64,000 bases of DNA from Orbicella franksi (Eukaryota), in the NCBI GenBank assembly GCA_964199315.1, contig OZ116703.1, forward strand, positions 1,178,001 through 1,242,000, written 5' to 3'. A program made the translations under genes and the position numbers. Numbering within the stretch: position 1 is the first letter of the stretch; each line of letters starts with the position of its first letter. Under the pieces are notes generated by a model. The model had not been told where the DNA came from, searched no databases, and was given only the letters and a program-made list of their open reading frames with translations. Below are positions 24,431-35,800 of the stretch, in pieces.

Positions 24431-24440
24431 CATCTATCTA
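24398..24440. repeat. (TATC)n microsatellite abutting a candidate kinase exon start
   Basis: About 10 TATC units directly after GTCCTA on the minus strand. Confidence 0.9.
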
Positions 24441-27400
24441 GGACAATAAACAGAGACTTCTGGACAACAACAGAAATGAGGTCGCTGCAAGATCGTCGGA
24501 CAATCATCAGACTTTCAAACAAAGCTAAGTTCTTTTTCCCGTGAGTTACACGATAACTCTAACTGTAGTTACCCAAAGCAAAATCAAGCCCCCCGTTACT
24601 CCCTCCCCCGGAAGAAGGGGACCTATCTCCAGAGGGGGCTGGGGGGTGGAGGAGGAGGGAAGGGAGGGGGAGGTAGAGCATGCAAAGTTAGACGACTGTT
24701 CATATAACTTATTTACACTTGGCAAGTTTTAAACGATCAATTGTTATATACCCTGTGTTTAGTCGTTACACTTTTTTCTCTTCTTGAATGCTGGGAAACT
24801 AAGGAAAATGTATCTAATTGATAAAGTGGTATTCGATTTTCACATACCTTATAAAAGAACTCTCCACGAAGTGCTGACAGAAAAAGATTCCAAGTGGAAT
24901 TACCGAGCTCCAAGATTTTTCTCTCGATCGCGTAACTGTCTAGATCAAATTTTTTCATTTCTTTGACGGCATAATCCATTTTGGTGTCATTTTGCCGATA
25001 CAAGCTAACCTAAATAACAAGAGTAAAATGAATGCGTTACTGTATTGCCATGATCTGCCTTTGGGGTGTTTTATATAACACCAACCCACACATACAATAC
25101 TAGTTCTCTGAAATGTCTAATTTTCACATAAAGCTCGCTAGAAATTAGATTAGAACTGTCAGAAACAAGGCTTCTCCAAGGACTCTACGAGCAAACACAA
25201 CAAATTTTAAATTTTGTGGACTAAAGAATGGCTAAAGATTGGAATTCCTGAACGATAGTTATCCTTAATTTTAAATTTTCCTACTTTTCCGAAAGCTCCT
25301 TCTCCAAGGACTTTAACCTCGGTGCAGTTGGATAAATTGTTGAGCCACTGAGCATGCACTTCCTTTCGACGAACTTTATTTTCCTCACAGTATTCGTGCT
25401 GTTCTGTGTTCTTTCGTTTTGTTGTCCTTGTCTGAGCAAAACAAGCACAAGAATGTATCTGAACCTTTAACCTTTAACTTGAAGACTTTAAAATCTCAGT
25501 GCATAATTTACACTGGTAATTCGTGTTAGCGGTATCTAATGCATTCGCGCGAGATTTCATCTCGCGGCTGACCAAGCCCTGCGTTGATAGGAAAAATTTG
25601 TTCTGAAAATGCCACCTAACTGATGGAATTTATATCGACTGGTTTGGCGTCCACATTCAATTATTTCCAGTTGCCAGGGTCCCTAATGTAAATACTCTAT
25701 GCTTTCCTCGGTGAGACGTTCCATTGGCCGGGCGAGGGACGAGTTTTAAGAACTTTTTTATTTAACTGATAGACATAATTTTCATTCTTATCAATTTTGT
25801 TCTCGTTCTTTTGTACAACTCTCGTAAGACAATTGTACAAAAGGGTCAAGAAAAGAAGAGCGAACAGTACAACAAACTTACGTGGCGCTATCTCCTCCCT
25901 TATGAGATGATTCAATCGATTTGTGTTTATGTAAAAACAATTAGAGGGATAAGGATTTTTCGGTAGTTGTAACCTCGCACCCTGAGAACATACATAAACT
26001 AAAACTTCCTAACACCTCTCATTGTTTTATTTTGACGAATTTTCTTGTTGTGTTACAAAGTTACTTTCTCACATGACAATTCTCAATTCCTAAGGTAATC
26101 AAAATATACCTCTGTCAGGCACTTCAAACTTACAGGACTATGGTTGAGGGAAAAGCAGGTCAGTGCACCCGTCGACTGGGAGATGTGAAAGACTAGCATT
26201 GACCTACGTGGATTAGCAACGTACACCGCTGGTCATGTTGATAAGCTGTGGCTCACCTGTGGAACCCTGTGGTCTACTGACACCTTTCTCTTACTCAATC
26301 TCTTACCTTCTTTTTAACTGATATCTCCTCTCCCTTCACTGTATTGTCGCTGAAAACCAAAGAAATAAGAATTGCTTTATTATGATTGGGTTTATCTTGG
26401 AAGAAAAACAGTTTCTCTTCGTAAGAGGACTAGCATAATTCGCCGAATAAGCTGCTACTACACTCGGGGGCTAATGTACTACAGCCATTTCGCCAGCATC
26501 TCAGATTCTCGCGAACTAATCGAGCGATCGAAATCGCTGCAATCGAAATCAAATTTCGAAAAATCATTCCTAATAATAATTTGTAAATCGAAATCGCATT
26601 TCTGATATCACATATTCCATCGCGATAATCGCCAATTTTTTTTTTTGCTGGCTCCAGCGAGTAACACCTCGAGTCGCTAGCTTATAGGACAGGTGTGTTC
26701 GTGTTCTTTTTGAGCTAAGTCTTTTGATGTCGGCATGTACTGCAGCTTAATTTTTCGTCTGCCTTTTCCTAAAAATGTAGATAAACCCTTTGCGGGAAAA
26801 ATACCTTACGTTCTTAAGCATACTTCCTATCTGGTAAACAAAAAACGCAAGCACTACCAGCGATCTCTGCTCTGGTTTCTTTTCCATTGCTCCGTTTTAC
26901 ACTCGCACCCAGTCGCACGCAGCTCCAGGATGACGTTCGCCAACTTACACACGTGACTAAATACTATGATCACGTAAATACTATGAACTTTCCTGCGTTA
27001 CGAATTTATTTCGTAAACGACGTCAAAATTTGATAGGATGTGTCGGAGTCAGCGCTACGTGCTATCTAACTTGTCCGGTAACTAAGCCGAGTTCGTTGAT
27101 ATTCATTTAATTATGCTTCAAAGTAAATACGAATAAATGGTCCGCGCCATCTCGCCACGCGCGACCCTGTTGTTTACACTGTTGCCGTGAACACGGTCCA
27201 CCGATAAGACAAACGAATAAAATGCGTTTTCTTTCTACTCATAACGGCTGGTTTCATTATACTGTGCCAACGCCGTTTTAAATTTTGCTAAAACGATATT
27301 GAAAATTGCTTTTTCTGTATCGCGATCATATCAACGAAAAACGAAAGTCGTAGAACGTTTTACAATAAGCCGCCACCATTGGAGAAAGCAGTTCACGGAG

Positions 27401-29284
27401 TTCAAATAATTTTCTCTCATTCGACATTAGCGAAGTATTATGTTTGTTGTTTAGCCTTACCTTTCATCGCAACGATTCTTAGTAAAACGTCCAATCACGT
27501 TGCTAACAGCAATGAACGCTAACCAGCAGGTTACAAAAACCATTTTCTACGTTGATAGCCGAAACTCCAGCCACAACCGAAAACCTGGATTTGTTCTGAA
27601 GACTGAAATGTGTGTGTCATAATAAACGTTGCGCTCGTGCGCGCGCGATAGAATGTGGTGCTACTAGTTTGATTCTGGAGACCGTTTTATAGAAGAGGAC
27701 AGAAGAGAGGGAAAACGATAGCGGCAGAAGCTGAGGACTCAAAGATCTCGCTGACAATTTGGCATGAAAATCTTGCGCGCAACCCCTGTCATCCTTCATG
27801 AACCCGTGTAATGTTCAGTCTTGAGAATTGACGAATTGTTTTTGCAGTGATTTTTGTAAACTCCTTTGTTCTCCAGATCTCATCGCGTTTACAATGTAAG
27901 CGGGTTTACTTCCCGGCTAAAAAAATTGCCAAGGGTGTTCGCTGTCAATCGTTACCGCGTGGTGCAGATATGGATCCATTAAAATGATACTTGAGTGATG
28001 AAGCTGGTAAAATTTCGGTAAATAAAGTGGCAAAGTTAATTGAAGGCAATTTATTGAAGGTGACTGAGTGATACGGCTTCAGTAGCGCGGGTATCTAAAT
28101 CAATGTTTGCCCACAATGCCGCGATGTCGTATTGAAGTTTTTAGAACATTGTTAAACCGTAGAAACCATAACTCACAAAAATTCTTCAAAAAGAACGACA
28201 AAGAAAAGAGAGGGTTCACAGCAGGACTGACCACGTGGTTTGTGATGTAGCTTTATTTTTATTGGCATGTTGTTGACAATTCTGACAGTTGACTTGGAAT
28301 GGCTTTCTTCTTCAGTACTACACTGATACAGCTTTCACAGAGTTAGAGACAACCCTTGGAAATCGATCTCTTTACATTTTGTAAATAACGGATCATCGTA
28401 CTGAAGAATTTTGACAACAAGGAATCTTACCAATTGCGAGGTAACGGAGAACACAATGAAAGACGTAATTTATTTGTAGAGTTTGTATTACACTTGTTAA
28501 ATACTAACCGAAATTTGCTGGACGGTCAGCGGTACATCTTAGTATGAAAACATGGCGCTATTGGCGGAGCTGCGCGCCGTACCAGATGTGGAATGAATCT
28601 CTTCAATCAGGTTAGTAGAAGCCGGTTATTATCTCTACAACCCTGAAACGCCAGGTTGTATTGAACAGTGAATTAAACGAATTATCCAGTGCTAAATTCG
28701 ACATCCCTGGCCCACTGCAAAACTAAGAGAAAATGGGTGAAGATATGGAATGTAAATATCGAAATATAAGTTCAAATTTTTTAGAGGAGACCCTTAGAGT
28801 TGAGATAAAGTGGAAGTATTCTAAGTGGAATAATGCACTAGTCAATTCTGCAGACTTCACACTGTAGACCAAGTGTAAAATTGAGACTGCGGACTGCAGA
28901 CTGCAGACCAGGGGTAAAATGGAGACTACGGACTCTCTGCAAACTGCAAACCAGGGGTAAAATGCAGAATGCAGGCTGCAGACTGCAGACCGGGTGAAAA
29001 TGCGGACTGAGGCTAAAATGTACACTTGCAGACCAGGGATAAAATGCAGACTGCTGACTACAGGACTTTAAAGTATATATCGTGTTGTTTCCATTATCGA
29101 GAGCTAACTGTAAGCATGGTGAATCAGGGTAATCGAAGTGATTACCTCTGAACTCTTGTTAGCCTGAGCATCACTCTGATTGGACTGAATATCACTCTGG
29201 TTAGCCTGAATATCACTCAGGGTAGCCTGCTTATGGTTAGCTGTCAATGATAAAAATGGTAACATGATTCAGTCAAAAAGTCTA

Positions 29285-29677
29285 CAGTCTGCAGTCTGCA
29301 TTTTACCCCTGGCCTGCAGTCTGCATTTTACCCCTGGCCTGCAGTCTGCATTTTACCCATGGCCTGCAGTCTGCATTTTACCCCTAGTCTGCAGTCTGCA
29401 TTTTACCCCTGGCCTGCAGTCTGCATTTTACCCCTGGTCTGCAGTGTGCATTTTACCCCTAGTCTGCAGTCTGCATTCTACCCCTGGCCCGCAGTCTGCA
29501 TTTTACCCCTGGCCTGCAGTCTGCATTTAACCCCTGGCCTGCAGTCTGCATTTAACCCCTCGCCTGCAGTCTGCATTTTACTCTTGGTCTTCAGTCTGCA
29601 TTCAACCCCTGGCCTGCAGTCTGCATTTTACCCTTGACCTGCAGTCTGCATTTTATCCCTGGTCTGCAGTCTGCATT
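29285..29677 (+). repeat. 25-bp tandem array, about 16 copies (CCTGCAGTCTGCATTTTACCCCTGG)
   Basis: Units start at 29291, 29316, 29341 ... 29666. Confidence 0.95.
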
Positions 29678-29998
29678 CCCAGGAGATGGACTCCCATATA
29701 AAAAGGCTGGGGTGTTCGTCGTACCCTTTAGGGACTAAAAAAGCAGTTTTGGTACCTTCTAAGGTGTTAAGGCTCAAAAGGTTCACAGTGGGCCAGCCTT
29801 TAAGGTTCCTTTTAGAGTATTGAGCTGCAAAAAATAAGACAGAAGATAACTGTGTCGTTTGAGAACTGGTACTTCTTAGGGGTGAAAAACATTTCAAGTC
29901 ACACCCACCAAACAGGATCTTGGCACCTCTTAGGGGGTCTTTTCAAAATTTCCGACGAGCACCCCTGCCCTTTTTATATTGGAGTACCCCCCTCCCTG
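29678..29998. mobile_element. MITE nested in the 25-bp array
   Basis: About 40-bp imperfect TIR ggactcccatataaaaagg...gttcgtcg / cgacgagcac...ctttttatattggagtacc; the array resumes after it. Confidence 0.75.
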
Positions 29999-32270
29999 AT
30001 CTTCATTTTGCCCTCAGTCTGCATTTTACCCTCAGTCTGTATTCCACCTTCAGATTGCATTTTAGCCCTGTAGTCAGTCAGCAGTCTGCAGTCGGCAGTC
30101 CGCGTTTAATACTGACTGTAAATCTTCATTCATGCTCATTTAAATTTGTGTTATTTTTAACTTAATTTGTTATGGACTCAAGATATCAAAGGAGTTTGTA
30201 GTTCGTCAAGAATCCTGTTTGAGTAAGTTATTTATGGAGTTCTTGACGTTGTACTGTAAAGAAAATTTGTATTAACTGATACGAAAGTCATGGTAACATG
30301 TGCAATAAGCTGAAATTATTCTGCTTTACTATGAAAGGTATTCAATGAAGTGAACTCTTCAATCTTCAATGGCAGTGATAGAAAGCAGAGGCTGCCAGCA
30401 TTATTGACCCAGTGGTATTTGTTGGGAAGTTAGTCGATCTGGCAGCCTAGCTAGTTGACACACTTGGTGAGTAAGGCTATTTTAATCAATTTAGTTAGCC
30501 TGTAATACAATCATTTTAAATTGTTAAGTATTTGATGATTTAGCATTGGCATCATTTGTTTCCATTGGACTTGAAAAGCGCCATTGGGGGAGTGGTCAAT
30601 TAAGATATTTAAATATAAATTTTTAAAATTGTTAGACAGAGAATGTTGTCATATTTTGAATTTGGAAATGAATAATCCTAGGTAGTGTTCATCAATTTAC
30701 CAGTCGCTGGAAGGGTCCAATTATAACAAACTTACTCCTTGTTATCCAATCACAGTGCAAGAATTCTCTGAGCTATGCAGACAAACACAGCAACATTTTA
30801 TCCCAATTTATTGAACAAGGCTCCAAACGATACCAAGAGTTAATCTAGAAATATTTACAATATATTGTAGGAGTTAGGACAGTAAAAAGGCCAATGTCTT
30901 TGCAAAAATATTAAATTAAAATGAAATTAAACAAGTTCTTTTCTCAATTAATATCGTGGTTAGTAGTGGGTGCTATTGAAGTTAATGGACTCAATGAACT
31001 ATTTATATACAAATTTTTGGCAGTGGCTCACATTATGTGCCCCCTTGTCATCAACTGACAATCTTTCTATCATCTTCGGAGTAGTCATCTGTCATTTGTA
31101 AATTACTGAATGGTAGCAGTAATCAATCAAAACATCATCTTCAAGTTTAATTTACTAGCTGTACTTTTGAGTACAAATTGCCTCTGTGTCCTTAAATATA
31201 TAACTGAAGCACGCATAATACTGTGGCAGTTGCGCCTATTTCAGCTGGTTCAGATTCGGTACATTTAAATAGTATTGGTCGTTACATTTAGTCATGTCCA
31301 ACCCCACTATGTAAATGCCTATTATATGTCTCAATTCATTAAAAACTGGATCACTGGATAATGCAATTCAAGACTTTTCATTGGCTTAGCCATCATGGTA
31401 TATGAGCCATTATACCATACTCTACAAACATGGTAAAGGTACGCATAGTTTTTTGGGGGCGTTTTTAATCTATTCTACTTTCCTATATTTTGGGGCATTT
31501 TCAATATCACAATTACTGTACTCACGCTTGTTGGATATGAAATTATAATGTCCAACGTGCGCTCCTGGGTTAATATTTAAATATACAGGTGAGATATTGT
31601 CTGGTAACTTGCCTGGCACATAACTACGTAAAGTTTGTAACTGATGAAGGTTTAAGAACCGTCCAAATGTCTCTAGATTAATAACAAAAAAAGCCAGAAT
31701 CATTGTCATACGTGTAGCATACTCACGTAATATTTCAACAACTATATATGGATCGGTAAATCTATTTATAACCAGGGTTTTTCAGTCAGTGTAACACATA
31801 TCTGAGTAATATCACTAGAGGTCCTAACAGTTGACTAGATAAACAATAATGATAAAATATAAAAGCTAAGTTAAAATAATAAGTAATATTGCTAGATAAA
31901 AATAACTCTAAAAATTATTCTAAAAACTACTTTAAAAAATTACCCGATTTAAATAGCAATGAACTAACGAAAAATATCTATTAATTAAGGTTTAAAACTA
32001 AGCTGCCATGATTAAACAAAATGAATTTTTCGTGCATTCCAAGTGATCTTCCACTGGGTAGTTTGCTTTTAATAACCTGCAAAATGACATCAGAAGATAT
32101 TAAGATCCAGTGTATGATAAAGTTGGTTCCTTAGTTATGGTGCGAATTTAGTCACATGATATTCTTCCAAGAAACTCAGCATTATAAACAGATAATTTAA
32201 AGTACCTTGTTGTAAAAATAATAAATAATTAATGTTTAATCATGTTTTAAGAGTGCATTTGAGTTGAGTA

Positions 32271-32616
32271 CCCGGGGGAGGGGCCGCCAGAAAGGGGTAC
32301 CTTTTTCAGGCTTCAGGTATATAAAAGGGTCGGGATTTTACTCGTCGGAGTATATGAAAGGGTGGGGAAATCTGTCGTTTAGGTAATCAAAAGGGCCGTT
32401 AATTAAAATATTTCGAACAAACAAACCTTTTGGCTGCATCATTTCATTTATTAAGCAGTACATGAAAATGACAAAAAGATTTCCTTTCTTGGCGATTTAT
32501 TCATAATACGGGCCGGTTATGAAAGCCTGTTAAAATGGTATACAAAATTGATAAGGGGTTGGACCTCGAGGCAGAGCCTCCACATATAACATTTTGTAGA
32601 GTTCCCTCCCCCCGGG
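32271..32616. mobile_element. CCCGGG-ended MITE just downstream of mucin A
   Basis: cccgggggag ... ctccccccggg inverted ends. Confidence 0.6.
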
Positions 32617-32819
32617 GGTTGAGTATCAAAAGCAGTCTATCTGTTTTTCGTTTTTTATTTGGTTTTGTTTTATGCTCTGAGCTATGCCTGCTTGTTGATC
32701 ATCCTGTGCAGTTAAAACGAAAAAAGGCTTAAGGAAAACAAAAGTGAAAGGAATGCAAGTAGTCATAAAAAGCCAAGTGTTTCAACTTTATTTCCCCTTA
32801 CCCCTTAGGACAGATTTTC

Positions 32820-35800
32820 TTAGTCATCGTTGCCATGGGAACGTGAGGGCGTCCCCTCTCCTGGGTTGTCGTAATATGTTTCTACAACCACAACCTCCTG
32901 ATAGTCTTCTTCCTTTTGGGTTGTGTGCAGTTCTTGGCCGACCGCATCGCCACTTTCTACATCTTTTTCTTTTGGTGCAGCAATTAGTTCTTCATAAGCA
33001 TTCGTTTCTGTCGCTGATTCTCCATCTCCTTCTTTGCGCCTTTCTTTTTGTGGCAGTGTATCGATGTAAATGGAGTTGTGTAGAACCCTTGTCGTTTCCC
33101 TACCTCGCTTCCTTCTCCTCTGTAAAATGTCATTAAACGTAGAAACGTGATTAATTTATTATTTGCAATTTCTCTTTATCGCACAGCCACGAGCGTAACC
33201 CGACCTTAAAGCCTGATTTTGTCAAGGGCGGATTTATATTTAAATCAGTTCAAGTTACTTAAAAAAAGAAGCTGCCATGGTGAATAGGTTTCTACAGTAA
33301 GGCGAACTTAGACTCCTGACATTTGGAACGTTGATCTGCTCTCCCTATACTATTAAACATTTGAAGTGTCTTAAAAACGATGTTTCAGATAGAGATGTAT
33401 ATTTGAGAGTGGATTCTTGTGCTGGGCGTGTTTCTAATTCTATACTTAAACACAAGCTACAGATAGGATTCTTATACTCACCATCAGTATGAAAGTCAAG
33501 ACAATAATCAGAACTATTAAAGCCAGGCAGGCGAGAACTATCAGTGCAACGGCCCATCCAGGCAGTGAATCACTGCTATCTTCTTCCTCTTCCTGTTTCA
33601 CACTCGATTGCGAAAATATAACGTTTTTAACAATAAGTCCATCAAACATTTCTGTCCCATTGACGGACTCCAAACGGGATTTTAGTTCTGCTTCATTAGG
33701 GGAAGCAGCATCGCTAAAGGCAACTGAATAATTGGCAATGACACTACCGGTACTAAAACTGATTACAACAACGTAAAGGAAATTAGGATAGCCCTGAAAT
33801 AGAGCTGTCAGTGCCCCTTCTACTCTTTTCTTCAGCTCCCGAAATTCACGGCTACTGGTGTCTTCATAAGCCTCAATGAATATGAGGTTTATAAATGTGA
33901 CACTCGCATCGACAATCACGGTCGATGGATCCGTTGTAGTCTCACTTGGTGGCAGAGTTGATACCTCAGTAGGCGGATCCGTCGTTGGCTGAGTTGGCGG
34001 ATGAGATGCAACATCTGTGGTTGGATCAGTGGTAGGGTCAGTGATTGGATCAGTGGTTGGATTAGTTGTCGAATCTGGGCTTGGATCAGTGGTTGGATCA
34101 GTGGTTGGAACAGTTGTTGGATCAGTGGTTGGATCAGCTGTTGTATCAGTTGTTGGATCAGTTGTTGGATCAGTGGTTGTATCAGTGGTTGGATCAGTGG
34201 TTGGATCAGTGGTTGGATCAGTTGTTGGATCAGTTGTTGGATCAGTGGTTGGAACAGTAGTTGGATCAGTTGTTGGATCAGTTGTTGGATCAGTTGTTGG
34301 ATCAGTTGTTGGATCAGTGGTTGGAACAGTAGTTGGATCAGTTGTTGGATCAGTTGTTGGATCAGTTGTTGGATCAGTTGTTGGATCAGTTGTTGGATCA
34401 GTTGTTGGATCAGTTGTTGTATCAGTTGTTGGATCAGTTGTTGGATCAGTTGTTGGATCAGTTGTTGGATCAGTTGTTGGATCAGTGGTTGGATCAGTGG
34501 TTGGATCAGTTGTTGGATCAGTTGTTGGATCAGTTGTTGGATCAGTGGTTGGATCAGTGGTTGGATCAGTTGTTGGATCAGTTGTTGGATCAGTGGTTGC
34601 ATCAGTGGTTGGAACAGTTCTTGGATCAGTTGTTGGATCAGTTGTTAGATCAGTGGTTGGATCAGTTGTTGGATCAGTGGTTGGAACAGTTGTTGGATCA
34701 GTTGTTGGATCAATTGTTGTATCAGTGGTTGGATCAGTGGTTGGATCAGTTGTTGGATCAGTTGTTGGATCAGTTGTTGGATCAGTGGTTGGATCAGTTG
34801 TTGGATCAGTGGTTGGATCAGTTGTTGGGTCAGTGGTTGGATCAGTTGTAGGATCAGTTGTAGGATCAGTTGTTGGATCAGTTGTTGGATCAGTTGTTGG
34901 ATCAGTTGTTGGATCAGTTGTTGTATCAGTTGTTGGATCAGTTGTTGGATCAGTTGTTGTATCAGTGGTTGGATCAGTTGTTGGATCAGTTGTTGGATCA
35001 GTGGTTGGATCAGTTGTTGTATCAGTTGTTGGATCAGTTGTTGGATCAGTGGTTGGATCAGTTGTTGGATCAGTTGTTGGATCAGTGGTTGGAACAGTAG
35101 TTGGATCAGTTGTTGGATCAGTTGTTGGATCAGTTGTTGGATCAGTTGTTGGATCAGTGGTTGGAACAGTAGTTGGATCAGTTGTTGGATCAGTTGTTGG
35201 ATCAGTTGTTGGATCAGTTGTTGGATCAGTTGTTGGATCAGTTGTTGGATCAGTTGTTGTATCAGTTGTTGGATCAGTTGTTGGATCAGTTGTTGGATCA
35301 GTTGTTGGATCAGTTGTTGGATCAGTGGTTGGATCAGTTGTAGGATCAGTTGTTGGATCAGTTGTTGGATCAGTTGTTGGATCAGTGGTTGGATCAGTGG
35401 TTGGATCAGTTGTTGGATCAGTTGTTGGATCAGTTGTTGGATCAGTGGTTGCATCAGTGGTTGGAACAGTTCTTGGATCAGTTGTTGGATCAGTTGTTGG
35501 ATCAGTTGTTAGATCAGTGGTTGGATCAGTTGTTGGATCAGTGGTTGGAACAGTTGTTGGAACAGTTGTTGGATCAATTGTTGTATCAGTGGTTGGATCA
35601 GTGGTTGGATCAGTTGTTGGATCAGTTGTTGGATCAGTTGTTGGATCAGTGGTTGGATCAGTTGTTGGATCAGTGGTTGGATCAGTTGTTGGATCAGTGG
35701 TTGGATCAGTTGTAGGATCAGTTGTAGGATCAGTTGTTGGATCAGTTGTTGGATCAGTTGTTGGATCAGTTGTTGGATCAGTTGTTGTATCAGTTGTTGG

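Larger units (their letters stand above)
20172..26349 (-). pseudogene. PKC-delta/theta-like AGC Ser/Thr kinase gene, probably disrupted
   Basis: GT-AG exons: 26307-26349, 25285-25431 (VLGEGAFGK), 24848-25009 (YAVK, IERKIL), 23737-23799 (FYIAEIISGLEYLHLQGVVHR), 22588-22732 (DLKLQN, DFG, GTPSFIAPE), 21649-21729 (DWWSLGVMLY), 21110-21218 (frameshifted), 20571-20725 (KHEFFQSLNW...KPPWNP), 20172-20358. Most intron positions match novel PKCs. The subdomain-V exon was not found intact. Confidence 0.8.
28865..30120. mobile_element. Degenerate TIR element with inverted GCAGACTG arrays and a ...GTA terminus
   Basis: Right end reverse-complement TACAGTCAGTATTAAACGCGGACTG aligns gap-free, about 30/42, with TAGACCAAGTGTAAAATTGAGACTG at 28865. 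Left array 28880-29060; right arrays 29285-29677 and 30005-30110. No TSD. Confidence 0.65.

Noticed and set aside
25697-25915. Type II membrane protein ORF
   Set aside because: TTG start, 72 aa, no splice donor, lies in a kinase intron.
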